Below are positions 49,177 through 60,747 of a DNA stretch of 64,000 nt, piece by piece (the first letter of the stretch is position 1; each line of letters opens with the position of its first letter). This DNA comes from Actinomycetes bacterium (GTDB lineage Bacteria; Actinomycetota; Actinomycetes; Prado026). The notes under the pieces are model-generated. The model saw nothing but the letters and a program-made list of their open reading frames with translations. It made no database searches and had not been told where the DNA came from. The position numbers and the translations under genes are program-made. The stretch spans positions 1,611 through 65,610 of the forward strand of contig JBBQWS010000012.1 of NCBI GenBank assembly GCA_038210415.1, given 5' to 3'.

Positions 49177-50210
49177 GCGGTAACGCCTCTCTCCTCCGGG
49201 AAGTGGCACGCCACTTGATGACCCGGTGCGATCTGCAGGAGTGGCGGCTCCTGAGTCTTGCAGACCTCTTGCGCTTTCCAGCACCGAGTGTGGAACCGGC
49301 ACGCGGGTGGCGGGTTGAGTGGGCTCGGCAGGTCGCCCTGGAGCAGGATACGCGCCCGAGCCTTCTCCTTCGCCGGATCCGGCACGGGGACCGCCGACAT
49401 CAGCGCGTGGGTGTACGGGTGCATCGCTCGTTCGTACAACGCGTCGCGGCCGGCCATCTCCATGACCTTGCCGAGGTACATGACGGCCACACGGTCGGAG
49501 ATGTGCCGCACGACGGACAAGTCGTGCGCGATGAACAGGTACGCGAGATTGAACTCGCGTTGCAGGTCCTCCAGCAGGTTGATGACCTGCGCCTGGATCG
49601 ACACGTCGAGCGCGGACACCGGCTCGTCCGCGACGATCAGCTTGGGCTGCAGCGCGACCGCTCGTGCGATCCCGATGCGCTGCCGCTGACCGCCGGAGAA
49701 CTGGTGCGGGTAGCGGTTGTAGTGCTCCGGGTTCAGCCCGACCAGCTCGAGCAGCTCCTGGACCCGCTTCTTGTCGCCACCGGGCGGGCTGATCTTCTGG
49801 AGCTTCAGCGCCGTGCCGATGATCGTGCCGACGTTGTGTCGCGGGTTCAGCGACGAGAAGGGGTCCTGGAAGATCATCTGGATGTCCCGGCGAAGCGGCC
49901 GCAGGTCGCCCGTCGAGACATGCGTGATGTCCTGCCCTTCGAAGATCACCTGGCCGTCCGTCGGCTCAAGCAACCGGTTCACCAGGCGGCCGAGGGTCGA
50001 CTTGCCGCAACCGGACTCCCCCACGACCCCGAGCGTCTCGCCCGCCGCGACCGTCAGCGAGACGCCGTCGACCGCCTGGACCGCACCGACCTGCTTCTTG
50101 ATGAAGATGCCACGGGTCACCGGGAAGTACTTCTGCACGCTCCGCACCTCGAGCAGCGGGACGCCACCGCCCGCCGAAGCACCAGCCGGCTGTTCGATCG
50201 ACGTGGTCAC
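49173..50210 (-). CDS. peptide/nickel ABC transporter ATP-binding protein (OppF/DppF-like)
   Basis: Walker A GESGCGKST, signature FSGGQRQRIGIARA, Walker B LIVADEPVSALD, C-terminal oligopeptide-type CRFHTRC motif. GTG 50210 has AGGAG 8 nt upstream. Confidence 0.88.
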   Translation of the reverse strand: MTTSIEQPAGASAGGGVPLLEVRSVQKYFPVTRGIFIKKQVGAVQAVDGVSLTVAAGETLGVVGESGCGKSTLGRLVNRLLEPTDGQVIFEGQDITHVSTGDLRPLRRDIQMIFQDPFSSLNPRHNVGTIIGTALKLQKISPPGGDKKRVQELLELVGLNPEHYNRYPHQFSGGQRQRIGIARAVALQPKLIVADEPVSALDVSIQAQVINLLEDLQREFNLAYLFIAHDLSVVRHISDRVAVMYLGKVMEMAGRDALYERAMHPYTHALMSAVPVPDPAKEKARARILLQGDLPSPLNPPPACRFHTRCWKAQEVCKTQEPPLLQIAPGHQVACHFPEERGVTA

Positions 50211-50250
50211 TGCGCGATCTCCTGGTGGTCGGTCGTGACGCGGTGCCCGG

Positions 50251-51318
50251 TCACAGGGTGGGCGCGATCTCGTCGCGGAAGATGTCCGTGCGCTGAGCGT
50301 CACTCAAGTGACACGCCACGGCGTGCCCCGGAACGACGGTCACCAACTCAGGCCGCTCGGTCTGACATCGGTCGCCGTTCAGCGGCGCGTAGGTGCAGCG
50401 CGGGTTGAACGCGCAGCCGGAGGGCACCGAGATCAGGCTCGGCGGGGTCCCCGGGATCGGCCGCAACCGCTCCTCACGGACCCGGTCGAGCCGGGTCACC
50501 GAGCCGAGCAGCCCCCAGGCGTACGGGTGCTGCGGTCGGTAGAAGACGTCGTCGGCTGTGCCGTACTCGGCGCAGCGGCCGCCATACATCACGAGCACGT
50601 CGTCGGCGATCTCGGCGACGACGCCGAGATCGTGGGTGATGATGATGATCGCCGAGCCGAACTCGGACTGCAGATCCTTCATCAGGTCGATGATCTGCGC
50701 TTGCACGGTGACGTCGAGCGCGGTGGTCGGCTCGTCCGCGATCAGCAGCGACGGGTCGTTGACGAGCGCCATGGCGATCATCGCCCGCTGCCGCATCCCG
50801 CCCGAGAACTGATGACCGTAGTCGGAGTACCGCTTGTCCGGGTTCGGGATGCCGACCCGTCGGAGCATCTCGATCGTGCGGTCTCGGGCCTCCGACTTGG
50901 ACACGTCAGGGTGGTGCTGGCGGTAGCCCTCGGCGATCTGGGCCCCGACCTTGAAGTACGGGTGCAGCGCCGAGAGCGGGTCCTGGAAGATCATGGCCAT
51001 CTTTGAGCCGCGCAGCTTGCGGACGTCCTCGGCGCCGGCGTGGACGAGCTCCTGGCCGTCGAGCCAAATCTCGCCGCCGAGGTGCGCACGAGTGCCCTTG
51101 TGCAGCCCGAGGACGGCCTGGGCGGTCACGCTCTTGCCGCTGCCCGACTCCCCCACGATGCCGAGCGTCTGGCCCTTCTCGAGCGTGAACGACAGACCGT
51201 CCACCGACTTGACCAGGCCGTCGTCGGTCGGGAAGTGGACCTGGAGGTCGCGCACCTCCAGGTAGGACCGCGGTGCGGCGGACGGGGCGGAGACCCCATC
51301 TTCCAAGACCGATGACAC
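50251..51318 (-). CDS. peptide/nickel ABC transporter ATP-binding protein (OppD/DppD-like)
   Basis: Walker A GESGSGKSV, signature FSGGMRQRAMIAMA, Walker B LLIADEPTTALD, C-terminal CAFNPRC. GTG 51318 is internal to the fused track ORF 50251..52113. Confidence 0.88.
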   Translation of the reverse strand: MSSVLEDGVSAPSAAPRSYLEVRDLQVHFPTDDGLVKSVDGLSFTLEKGQTLGIVGESGSGKSVTAQAVLGLHKGTRAHLGGEIWLDGQELVHAGAEDVRKLRGSKMAMIFQDPLSALHPYFKVGAQIAEGYRQHHPDVSKSEARDRTIEMLRRVGIPNPDKRYSDYGHQFSGGMRQRAMIAMALVNDPSLLIADEPTTALDVTVQAQIIDLMKDLQSEFGSAIIIITHDLGVVAEIADDVLVMYGGRCAEYGTADDVFYRPQHPYAWGLLGSVTRLDRVREERLRPIPGTPPSLISVPSGCAFNPRCTYAPLNGDRCQTERPELVTVVPGHAVACHLSDAQRTDIFRDEIAPTL

Positions 51319-51380
51319 GACTGGCACTCCCTGACTCGTGAGACGACCTGGCGGTGGACGAGCTGGCTGCGGCGTCCGGA

Positions 51381-52394
51381 CTAGCTGAGCCGGACCTTCG
51401 GGTCGATCGCCGCGTACAGGATGTCGACGATGAGGTTGGCCACGATGATGAAGAACGCCGCGATGATCGTGACGGCCATCAGGACGGGTAGGTCGTAGTT
51501 CGTGGCCGCATCGACGGTCACCGCGCCGAGCCCGCGGAACGTGAAGATCTTCTCGGTGATCACGGCGCCGCCGAGCAGCCCGCCGAGGTCTAGGCCGGCA
51601 ATCGTGACGATCGGGGTCAGCGCGGCGCGCAGCCCATGCTTGAAGATGACCCTTCGCTCGGACAGACCCTTGGCTCGCGCCGTGCGGATGTAGTCCTCGT
51701 TCATGGTCTCGAGCATGTTCGCGCGGGTGATCCGGGTGTATAGCGCGGCGTTCAGGATCGCGATGACGATCCACAGCGGCAGCAGGTTCTGGGCCCACTC
51801 GAAGGGGTTCTGCGAGAAGGGGACGTAGTGCGGGATGGGATACCAGCCCCAGGCGATGATCGGGAACAGCAGCACGGTCGCGCCGGTGAAGAACGAGGGC
51901 AGCGAGTATCCGCCCAAGGTCAGGAACATCAGCACTCTGTCGAGCAGGCTCCCGCGTCTCAAGGCGGAGATCACCCCCACCGTGACGCCGCCGACGATCC
52001 ACAGGACGAAAGCGCCGATCGCGATCGAGAAGGTGATCGGGAAGGCATCGGTGATCAGCCCGGTGACGGGGGTCTCGCGGCGGAACGAGTAGCCCAGGCA
52101 GGGCGCCGGACACACGTTGACCACGTCAGAATTGGTCGCTTCGGTGGACTGGCCCCACGGATACGTACGGCCGAGCGGGATGGCATAGAGCCACCGCCCG
52201 TACTGGATCAGGAAGGGCTGGTCGAGCTCCAGCTTCTTCTCGATCTTCGCGATCTTCTCGGGGGTGCAGTTCTTGCCGCAGTAGAGCGTCGCGGGGTTCG
52301 ACGGGACCAGGTTGAACAGCCCGTAGGTGACGAAGCTGATCACGAACAGCAGGACGGCGACTCCGGTCACCCGCCTGATCAAGAACCGACCCAT
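51381..52394 (-). CDS. ABC transporter permease (OppB/DppB-like)
   Basis: 337 aa. MGRFLIRRVTGVAVLLFVISFVTYGLF N-terminus and EDYIRTARAKGLSE (EAA loop). Confidence 0.88.
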   Translation of the reverse strand: MGRFLIRRVTGVAVLLFVISFVTYGLFNLVPSNPATLYCGKNCTPEKIAKIEKKLELDQPFLIQYGRWLYAIPLGRTYPWGQSTEATNSDVVNVCPAPCLGYSFRRETPVTGLITDAFPITFSIAIGAFVLWIVGGVTVGVISALRRGSLLDRVLMFLTLGGYSLPSFFTGATVLLFPIIAWGWYPIPHYVPFSQNPFEWAQNLLPLWIVIAILNAALYTRITRANMLETMNEDYIRTARAKGLSERRVIFKHGLRAALTPIVTIAGLDLGGLLGGAVITEKIFTFRGLGAVTVDAATNYDLPVLMAVTIIAAFFIIVANLIVDILYAAIDPKVRLS

Positions 52395-52453
52395 GGTCTC
52401 CTCGTTCCGTCCCGCGTCACGATCTTGCGTTGCTGAGGGTCATCCTGCACGCC

Positions 52454-52496
52454 CTGGTCCCGGAATGCACGCGCTTGGCGGGCATTCCGGGACCAG
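52454..52496 (-). promoter_or_regulatory. perfect 15-bp inverted repeat (CTGGTCCCGGAATGC-N13-GCATTCCGGGACCAG) between the substrate-binding-protein gene and oppB: intercistronic stem-loop
   Basis: Read directly. Lies in the 147-bp spacer inside the operon, downstream (in transcript sense) of the binding-protein gene. Confidence 0.6.
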
Positions 52497-52541
52497 AGTC
52501 AGTGCGGTCTTACGTGGCGACCGGCTTGGTCACCGTCGTGC

Positions 52542-54248
52542 TCAGGCGACGGACAGCGTCGCCAGGTCGACCTCACCGTAGAACGCGTGCAGGAACGCGC
52601 CCTTGACCTTCGAACCGACCATCTGGTTGGTGGTGCCCCAGATGAGCGGAATGATCGCGGCCTTGTCCTTCACGACCATCTCGTCCAGGTCACCCCAGAG
52701 TGCGGCCTGCTTGGTCAGGTCGGTCTCAGCGTTGGCTGCGTCGATCTTCGCGTTGACGTCCTGGTCGTTCAGCTGGCTGAAGATCTGGTTGCCTTCCGAC
52801 TTGATCTGCCGACCGTCGAACAGCGGCGGGATGACGGACGAGCCGTTGGGCCAGTCCGGGCCCCAACCGGCGAGGGACAGGTCGCCCTGCGTCGCCGGCT
52901 TGCCGATGGTGTCGTAGTAGACGTCGGAGTTGATCGCGTTCAGCGTGACCTTGAACAGGGCAACCCGCTCGAGAGCCTCCTTGAACGCAGCAGCCGACTT
53001 GGCGCCGGTTGCCGTGTTCCCGAAGTCCAGCTTGAGGTTGACCGGAGCCGTCACGCCTGCCGACGCCAGCAGGGCAGTGGCTGCAACCGGGTCACCCTCG
53101 GGGTTGTCGGTCGCGCGGTCCTTGAAGTCCTTGAACGACGACAGCGCCGGGGTGATGGTCGACGTGGCGTACTTGCCAGCCGCCTCGCCACCACGGGTGC
53201 CGCGGTAGGACTTCTTGTTGATCGCCAGCTGGATGGCCTGGCGGACCTTCACGTCGGTGACCTTGGCCGTGTTGATGGCGAGGTACCGGGTGAAGCCGTC
53301 GAAGCCGCTGGAGATCCGTGACTTCAGGGCCGGATCGGCCAGGAAGGCGTTGAGGTTCTCACCCTGGATCGTCGAGTCCAGCATGATCGCGTTCTGGTCC
53401 TCGCCGGAGTCGGCCTTGAGCCGGGCGTCGATCGTCGGACCCTCGATGCCGAAGGTCACGTTGATCGTGTCCGGGTAGGCCTTGCGGATCGGGTCGGTCT
53501 TCTCGTCCCAGCTCTTGTTGCGGACCAGCACCATGTTCTTGTCGCGGTTGTACGTCTGGACCTGGTACGGACCGGTCGACCACAGCACGTTGTCGTACTT
53601 GATGTTGGTGTCCTTTGCTTGCGGCACCGGCGAGAAGGTGGGCAGCGAGACGGTGTAGTTGAAGTCACCGATCGCCCGGTTGAGCTCGAACTTGACCTTC
53701 TTGCCGTCGCACGTGACAGCGGTGAGACCTTCCGGCGACTTGTCGACGTACGGGCCCTTGTAGGTCGCAGCGTTGCCGGCCAGGTAGTCCTTGGCGTACG
53801 ACGGACCGCCGGAGATCTGGTCGGAGAACGAACGCTCGATGCCGTACTTCAGGTCCGGACAGGTGACGTCAGTGCCGTCTTGGAACTTCACACCGTCACG
53901 GATGGTGAATTCCCAGGTCTTGTTGCCGTTGCTGGCGGTGCCGAGGTCGGTCGCCAGGTCGGGCTCGAGGTCGGAGCCAGCCTTGCCGGCCACCGACTTG
54001 TACCCGGTCAGCGAGCGGTACAGCAGCCGCGAGCCAAAGTTCAACGCGTCAGAGACGTAGTTGCGCTGCGGGTCGAGGTGCTCGAAGTCGGCGATCATCA
54101 GAACATTGAGCGTGCCGCCCTTGTTGCCGGCCGGCGCGGCTGAGGACGAGTTCGCCCCCGGGCTGCTGCTCCCGCCGCAAGCGGCGAGTGCCAGGGCCGC
54201 GACGGCGCCAAGGCTGGCTACCTTCACGCCCGTCTTTGTGAGCGTCAT
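52542..54248 (-). CDS. ABC transporter substrate-binding lipoprotein, family 5 (peptide/nickel)
   Basis: 568 aa. Lipobox LALAACGGSS, with the length and motif pattern of SBP_bac_5. Confidence 0.85.
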   Translation of the reverse strand: MTLTKTGVKVASLGAVAALALAACGGSSSPGANSSSAAPAGNKGGTLNVLMIADFEHLDPQRNYVSDALNFGSRLLYRSLTGYKSVAGKAGSDLEPDLATDLGTASNGNKTWEFTIRDGVKFQDGTDVTCPDLKYGIERSFSDQISGGPSYAKDYLAGNAATYKGPYVDKSPEGLTAVTCDGKKVKFELNRAIGDFNYTVSLPTFSPVPQAKDTNIKYDNVLWSTGPYQVQTYNRDKNMVLVRNKSWDEKTDPIRKAYPDTINVTFGIEGPTIDARLKADSGEDQNAIMLDSTIQGENLNAFLADPALKSRISSGFDGFTRYLAINTAKVTDVKVRQAIQLAINKKSYRGTRGGEAAGKYATSTITPALSSFKDFKDRATDNPEGDPVAATALLASAGVTAPVNLKLDFGNTATGAKSAAAFKEALERVALFKVTLNAINSDVYYDTIGKPATQGDLSLAGWGPDWPNGSSVIPPLFDGRQIKSEGNQIFSQLNDQDVNAKIDAANAETDLTKQAALWGDLDEMVVKDKAAIIPLIWGTTNQMVGSKVKGAFLHAFYGEVDLATLSVA

Positions 54249-54329
54249 GCGCTCTCCTTGATCTTTACGTCGCCACCGGAGTGGCGGTTTTCCTGCGTCA
54301 GACGGCGGGCGCCGCAGACGTTCTGACCG

Positions 54330-55406
54330 CTAGCGGCCAGCCTTCGGGTCGAGGGCGTCACGCAGCCCGTCACCGAAGAGGTTGAAGACGAGCACGACCA
54401 GGAACAAGGCCAGGCCCGGGATGAAGAAGTACGCAGGGTCCTGCTCGGCGTACCGCACGGCGTCGGCGAGCATGTTGCCCCAGGTCGGCGTCGGCGGGTT
54501 GATGCCGACCCCGAGGAACGACAGCGCGGCCTCGAACCCGATGTAGGTCGGGATCGTCAGCGAGGCGAAGACCAGGATCTGGGTCCACAGGTTCGGCAGC
54601 ATCTGCCGGAAGATGATGTGCGACCCCGAGGCGCCCAGCGCGCGGGCCGCCTCGACGAACTCGCGCTCACGCAGCGACAGCACGGTGCCACGGATGATGC
54701 GGCCGAAGTACGGCCAGCCGAACAACCCGAAGATCATGATCAGGTAGAACACGCGTGCTCCGGTGTTGTCCTCCTTGAGCCCGAACCGCGGGAACAGGCC
54801 CTGCGTGATGATCGGTGTGAAGGACAACAGGAAGAGCAGCAACGGGAACGCGAGCAACAGATCCATGAACCGGCTGATCGCGCCGTCCCAGAACCCGCCG
54901 AGGTAGCCGGCCACAGAGCCGAAGACGGTGCCGAGGAACACCGACAGGAAGGTCGCGCCGAGCGCGATGGTCAGCGAGATGCGCATGCCGTAGACAAGTC
55001 GGGCGAAGATGTCGCGGCCTAGGCCCGGCTCGACACCGAACGGGTGCCGCCAGGAGATGCCGCCCCAGCCGCCGATCGGCAGACCGCCGGTGTCGGCGTC
55101 CACGGCGTCGCTGTAGATCTTGTCCGGGGACAGGTCCAGCAGGTGGTTGATGACGTCCGAGAGCAGCGCAGCGACCAGCAACAGGACGATGATGATGCCG
55201 CAACCCATCGCGACCTTGTCCTTCTTCAGCCGCGCCCAGGCGATCTGCCCGAGCGATCGACCCTCGAAACTGGCTGCGCCCTGAACTGGTTCGCCGACCG
55301 GCGAGTCGAGCAGCGCGGTTGTCGACTTCGCGGTGAGGCCCTCAGCCGCAGCGACGTCAGCGATCTTGTCCGAGTCGCTCGGACCGTCGTGGGACATCAT
55401 CGACAT
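54330..55406 (-). CDS. ABC transporter permease (OppC/DppC-like) with long cytoplasmic N-terminal extension
   Basis: ISLTIALGATFLSVFLGTVFGSVAGYLGG and REREFVEAARALGAS (EAA loop). Start is ATG 55406 or the track start at 55466. Confidence 0.85.
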   Translation of the reverse strand: MSMMSHDGPSDSDKIADVAAAEGLTAKSTTALLDSPVGEPVQGAASFEGRSLGQIAWARLKKDKVAMGCGIIIVLLLVAALLSDVINHLLDLSPDKIYSDAVDADTGGLPIGGWGGISWRHPFGVEPGLGRDIFARLVYGMRISLTIALGATFLSVFLGTVFGSVAGYLGGFWDGAISRFMDLLLAFPLLLFLLSFTPIITQGLFPRFGLKEDNTGARVFYLIMIFGLFGWPYFGRIIRGTVLSLREREFVEAARALGASGSHIIFRQMLPNLWTQILVFASLTIPTYIGFEAALSFLGVGINPPTPTWGNMLADAVRYAEQDPAYFFIPGLALFLVVLVFNLFGDGLRDALDPKAGR

Positions 55407-55638
55407 CGGCGGTGATCCAACCTTCCGTGTCTTGCGGGTGGGGCGGGCTCTCGCGGCGCGGGTCACGCGCAGTGCAGGAACAGGATCACCTTAAGAGCCC
55501 GCCATGGCGGTTATTGCACACACACGGTGTTCGGGACGCAATCGTGACCGAACGGTTACTCGACTTCAAGCCCTCCGGCCGCTGGCCCTCGGCACCGATA
55601 TATTTCCTGTCCCGCGCAGATTTGGCGCGAGCGCGCAC

Positions 55639-56430
55639 TCAGTCGACCGGAGCCAGTCGGAACTTGCAGACGGCTGAGAACTCTGCCGCGTCGAGGCTCG
55701 CACCGCCGACCAGGGCACCGTCGACGTCGGGCTGAGCCATGATCCCGGCCACGTTCGACGCCTTGACCGAGCCGCCATAGAGGACCCGGACGTGGTCGGC
55801 CAGATCGCCGGAGTACAGCTCCGCCAGCCGGGTCCGGATCGCCGCACAGACCTCCTGGGCGTCGTCGGGAGTGGCCACCTCGCCGGTGCCGATCGCCCAC
55901 ACCGGCTCGTACGCGACCACTGCCACGCGGGCCTGGTCGGCCGGGACGTCGGCGAACGCGCCGTCCAGCTGACTAAGCGTGTGCGCGACCTGCTCGCCGG
56001 CCCGTCGGACCTCGAGCCCCTCGCCGACACAGACGATCGGCACGAGTCCGTGCCGGAACGCCGCCTTGACCTTCGCGTTGACCAAGGCGTCGTCCTCGTG
56101 GTGATACTGCCGGCGCTCGGAGTGGCCGACCACGACGTAGGTGCAGCCGATCTTCGACAGCATCGCGCCGGAGATCTCACCGGTGTACGCCCCGGCGTCG
56201 AACGCGGAGAGGTCCTGGGCGCCGTACTTCAGCTTGAGCTTGTCACCGTCGACCAGCGTCTGCACCGAGCGCAGGTCGGTGAACGGGGGCAGGACCGCTA
56301 CCTCGACCGCCTCGAAGTCCTGCGCGGACAACGAGAAGGCGAGCCGCTGGGTGAGAGCGATGGCCTCGAGGTGGTTCTGCGTCATCTTCCAGTTGCCGGC
56401 CATCAGCGGCATACGTCCGGTGCTGCTCAC
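55639..56430 (-). CDS. tpiA: triosephosphate isomerase
   Basis: [17 protein letters not shown] and [14 protein letters not shown] 56430 overlaps the pgk stop (GTGA); ATG 56412 is the alternative. The rest of the 606-aa track ORF is an artefact. Confidence 0.92.
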   Translation of the reverse strand: MSSTGRMPLMAGNWKMTQNHLEAIALTQRLAFSLSAQDFEAVEVAVLPPFTDLRSVQTLVDGDKLKLKYGAQDLSAFDAGAYTGEISGAMLSKIGCTYVVVGHSERRQYHHEDDALVNAKVKAAFRHGLVPIVCVGEGLEVRRAGEQVAHTLSQLDGAFADVPADQARVAVVAYEPVWAIGTGEVATPDDAQEVCAAIRTRLAELYSGDLADHVRVLYGGSVKASNVAGIMAQPDVDGALVGGASLDAAEFSAVCKFRLAPVD

Positions 56431-57641
56431 GCGTTCTCCTCGAGTACGGCCAGGCCGGGCAGGGTCTTGCCCTCGAGCAGCTCCAGGCTGGCGCCGCCTC
56501 CGGTGGAGATGTGGGTGAAGCCGTCCTCGGGCAGGCCAAGCAGCCGCACCGCAGCGGCGGAGTCGCCGCCGCCGACGACGGTCGTCCCGTCGACCGCGAT
56601 GATCGCTTCGGCGACCAACCTGGTGCCAGCGGCGAACGGCGCCATCTCGAAGACACCCATCGGGCCGTTCCAGACGACCGTCTTCGCATTGGCCAACCGG
56701 GCGGCGAACAGCTCGATGGTCCGCGGCCCGATGTCGAGCCCGCTCCACCCCGGCTCGATCGAGTCGACCGGGACCACTTTGGTCGTGGCGTCGGCGCTGA
56801 ACGCGTCGGCGACCACGACGTCGACGGGAAGCAGCAGCTCGACCCCGCGTCGCGCGGCGTCGTCGAGGAACCCGCGGCAGGTGGGGATCTGGTCGGCCTC
56901 GAGCAACGAGTTGCCGACGCCGTGGCCCTGGGCGGCGAGGAAGGTGAAGCACATGCCTCCGCCGATGAGCAGCCGGTCGACGTGCTGGAGCAGGTTGCCG
57001 ATCACCCCGAGCTTGTCGGAGACCTTGGACCCCCCGAGCACCACGACGTAGGGGCGGTCGGGGTCGTGGAGGACCTTGCCGAAGACCTCGGCCTCTGCCT
57101 GCACGAGCCCGCCGGCCGCGTGCGGCAGGAGCAGGGCGACGTCGTAGACGCTGGCCTGCTTGCGGTGCACGACGCCGAAGCCGTCGCTGACGAAGAGGTC
57201 GGCGAGGCCGGCGAGCTTCGTCGCGAACGCCGCCCGTTCGTCGTCGTCCTTGCTCGTCTCGGCGCCCTCGAACCGGAGGTTCTCGAGCATCGCGACCTGG
57301 CCGTCCTGGAGGGCCGCGACGACGGCGTGCGCCGACTCCCCCACGACGTCGGACGCCAAAGTGACCGGCTGGCCGAGCAGCTCGGCGAGCCGTGCCGCAG
57401 CGGGCGCCAGCGAGAACTCCGGTCGGACCTCGCCCTTGGGACGGCCGAGGTGGGCGCACACGACCACGCGGGCCCCGCGAGCGAGCAGGGCCCGGATCGT
57501 CGGGACACTGGCCCGGATCCGGCCGTCGTCGGTGATGACCCGTAGGCCAGCCGCGTCCTCGCCCAGCGGGACGTTGAGGTCCGCCCGGACGAGGACGCGG
57601 CGACCCGCGACGTCGAGGTCGCTGATCGAGCGAACAGCCAT
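56427..57641 (-). CDS. pgk: phosphoglycerate kinase
   Basis: [35 protein letters not shown] and [12 protein letters not shown] 57641 is internal to the track ORF. Confidence 0.93.
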   Translation of the reverse strand: MAVRSISDLDVAGRRVLVRADLNVPLGEDAAGLRVITDDGRIRASVPTIRALLARGARVVVCAHLGRPKGEVRPEFSLAPAAARLAELLGQPVTLASDVVGESAHAVVAALQDGQVAMLENLRFEGAETSKDDDERAAFATKLAGLADLFVSDGFGVVHRKQASVYDVALLLPHAAGGLVQAEAEVFGKVLHDPDRPYVVVLGGSKVSDKLGVIGNLLQHVDRLLIGGGMCFTFLAAQGHGVGNSLLEADQIPTCRGFLDDAARRGVELLLPVDVVVADAFSADATTKVVPVDSIEPGWSGLDIGPRTIELFAARLANAKTVVWNGPMGVFEMAPFAAGTRLVAEAIIAVDGTTVVGGGDSAAAVRLLGLPEDGFTHISTGGGASLELLEGKTLPGLAVLEENA

Positions 57642-57643
57642 GC

Positions 57644-58822
<1,179 letters not shown>

Positions 58823-59803
58823 TCAGGTATGCAGCATGTCCGGGGTGAGGTCGGCCTCGGTGCTCGGCAGACCGAGGTCGGAGGCCCGCTTGTCAGCCAT
58901 CGCGAGCAGCCGCCGGATCCGGCCGGCGACGGCATCCTTGGTCAGCGGCGGGTCGGCGAGCTGACCTAGCTCCTCGAGGCTGGCCTGCGAGTGCTCCAGG
59001 CGAAGCGCTCCAGCCGAAGCCAGGTGCTCAGGGATGTCGTCGCCGAGGATTTCCAGGGCCCGCTTGACCCGGGACCCGGCCGCGACGGCCGCCCGCGCCG
59101 ACCGGCGAAGGTTCGCGTCGTCGAAGTTGGCGAGCCGGTTCGCGGTCGCCCTGACCTCGCGACGCATGCGGCGTTCCTCCCAGGCCAGGACACAGTCGTG
59201 CGCACCTAGCCGGGTCAGCAGCGCACTGATCGCGTCGCCGTCGCGGACCACCACCCGATCGACCCCACGGACCTCACGGGCCTTCGCCGGGATACCGAGC
59301 CGGCGGGCGGCGCCGACAAGGGCGAGTGCGGCCTCGGGCCCCGGACAGGTGACCTCGAGGGACGACGACCGCCCTGGCTCCGTGAGCGAGCCGTGGGCCA
59401 GGAACGCACCGCGCCACGCGCCCTCTGCGTCGCAGGTCGAGCCGGACACCACCTGCGGCGGCAGACCTCGGACCGGGCGACCACGGCCGTCGAGCAGGCC
59501 GGTCTGGCGAGCCAGCGCCTCGCCGTCCTTGATCACGCGTACGACGTAGCGGTTGCCCCGCCGCAACCCACCCGGCGCGAGGACTGAGATCTCGCTCGGA
59601 TGGCCGAAGACCTCGGCGACCTCCTTGCGCAGCCGCCGGGCCGCCGCCCCGGTGTCGAGCTCCGCCTCGACCACGATGCGACCGCTCACGATGTGCAGCC
59701 CGCCAGCGAATCTGAGCATGGCCGAGACCTCGGCCTTGCGGCAGCAGGGCTTGGTGACGACCAGCCGAGCCAGCTCGTCCTTCACCGCTGACGTCATTGC
59801 CAT
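58823..59803 (-). CDS. whiA: DNA-binding sporulation/cell-division regulator WhiA
   Basis: [32 protein letters not shown], with LAGLIDADG-like domains and a C-terminal HTH. ATG 59803. Confidence 0.9.
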   Translation of the reverse strand: MAMTSAVKDELARLVVTKPCCRKAEVSAMLRFAGGLHIVSGRIVVEAELDTGAAARRLRKEVAEVFGHPSEISVLAPGGLRRGNRYVVRVIKDGEALARQTGLLDGRGRPVRGLPPQVVSGSTCDAEGAWRGAFLAHGSLTEPGRSSSLEVTCPGPEAALALVGAARRLGIPAKAREVRGVDRVVVRDGDAISALLTRLGAHDCVLAWEERRMRREVRATANRLANFDDANLRRSARAAVAAGSRVKRALEILGDDIPEHLASAGALRLEHSQASLEELGQLADPPLTKDAVAGRIRRLLAMADKRASDLGLPSTEADLTPDMLHT

Positions 59804-60747
59804 AGGGGGATCTTGCCACGACGCAGGATGGTCTCGTACGCGACCGCCAAGAGTGCCGGGTCGTGACGCGCCGAGCCGTCTGCGGCCCGAACCGGCGCGA
59901 GCACCAGCTCTGCGCCCAGCCGGGCCGACGAGGCGCGCAAGGATTCCGCGTCGTCTGCCTGGGACTCGTCGGCCAGGACGATGTCGACCCGTAGCCCCGC
60001 TGCGTGCTGGGCGAGCACCTCGAGGTGCCGGTCCGGCGAGAAGCCGGCCGTCTCGCCCGCTTGCGGCTCGAGGTTGAGCACGACGATCCGGCGGGCCGGC
60101 GTCGTCACGAGCGCTTCGCACAGCTCGGGGACGAGCAGGTGCGGCAGGACGCTGGAGAACCACGATCCCGGCCCCAGCACCACCCAGTCCGCGGCGTGGA
60201 TCGCAGCGACGGCCTGCGGGCAGGCTCGCGGCGCTGCAGGAACCAGCGCGATCGACATCACCTCGCCGGGCGCTGTCGCGACCGCCACCTGGCCCTGGAC
60301 CAGCGTCAGGTCGCCGGTGTCAGCAGAGCGGACCCAGGCGGTTATGTCGAGCGGGTCCAGCGACATCGGCAGCACCCGGCCGTGCGCCCCGAGCAACCGC
60401 GCGACGTAGTCGAGCGCCTCGACGGTGTCGCCGAGGATCTGCCACAGCGCCACGATCAGCAGGTTCCCCACCGCGTGCTCGTCGAGCGGGCCCTGGCTCT
60501 GGAACCGGTGCTGGGCGACGTCGCTCCAGAGCCGGCCCCACTCGTCGTCTCCGCAGAGTGCGGCGAGGGCCATCCGCAGGTCACCGGGCGGAAGGCAGCC
60601 GAACTCGCGTCTGAGCCGGCCGCTCGACCCACCGTCGTCGGCGACCGTGACGACCGCGGTCAGCTGGTCGGTCACCCGCCGCAGCGCGGTGAGGGAAGCC
60701 GCCAGGCCGTGTCCGCCCCCGAGGGCCACCACCGGTACACGAGTCAC
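59794..60747 (-). CDS. yvcK: YvcK/CuvA-like gluconeogenesis factor (CofD family, UDP-sugar binding)
   Basis: 317 aa. [24 protein letters not shown] and GDLR motifs. Sits in the rapZ-yvcK-whiA order. Confidence 0.88.
   Translation of the reverse strand: MTRVPVVALGGGHGLAASLTALRRVTDQLTAVVTVADDGGSSGRLRREFGCLPPGDLRMALAALCGDDEWGRLWSDVAQHRFQSQGPLDEHAVGNLLIVALWQILGDTVEALDYVARLLGAHGRVLPMSLDPLDITAWVRSADTGDLTLVQGQVAVATAPGEVMSIALVPAAPRACPQAVAAIHAADWVVLGPGSWFSSVLPHLLVPELCEALVTTPARRIVVLNLEPQAGETAGFSPDRHLEVLAQHAAGLRVDIVLADESQADDAESLRASSARLGAELVLAPVRAADGSARHDPALLAVAYETILRRGKIPLWQ

Noticed and set aside
51319-52113. Apparent fusion of a permease-like N-terminus to the OppD ATPase in ORF 50251..52113
   Set aside because: The upstream part is the oppB gene read out of frame. 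OppD starts at GTG 51318 after a GGGAG RBS.
55499-55510. 12-bp palindrome CCGCCATGGCGG upstream of the opp operon as an operator
   Set aside because: It is short and GC-rich, so it is expected by chance in 70% GC DNA. No partner half-sites or known motif matched, so it is not reported as a feature.
56431-57459. Upstream extension of the 606-aa ORF 55639..57459, which seems to fuse a large Arg-rich domain to TpiA
   Set aside because: It is the pgk coding region read out of frame. TpiA begins at GTG 56430 or ATG 56412, next to the pgk stop.
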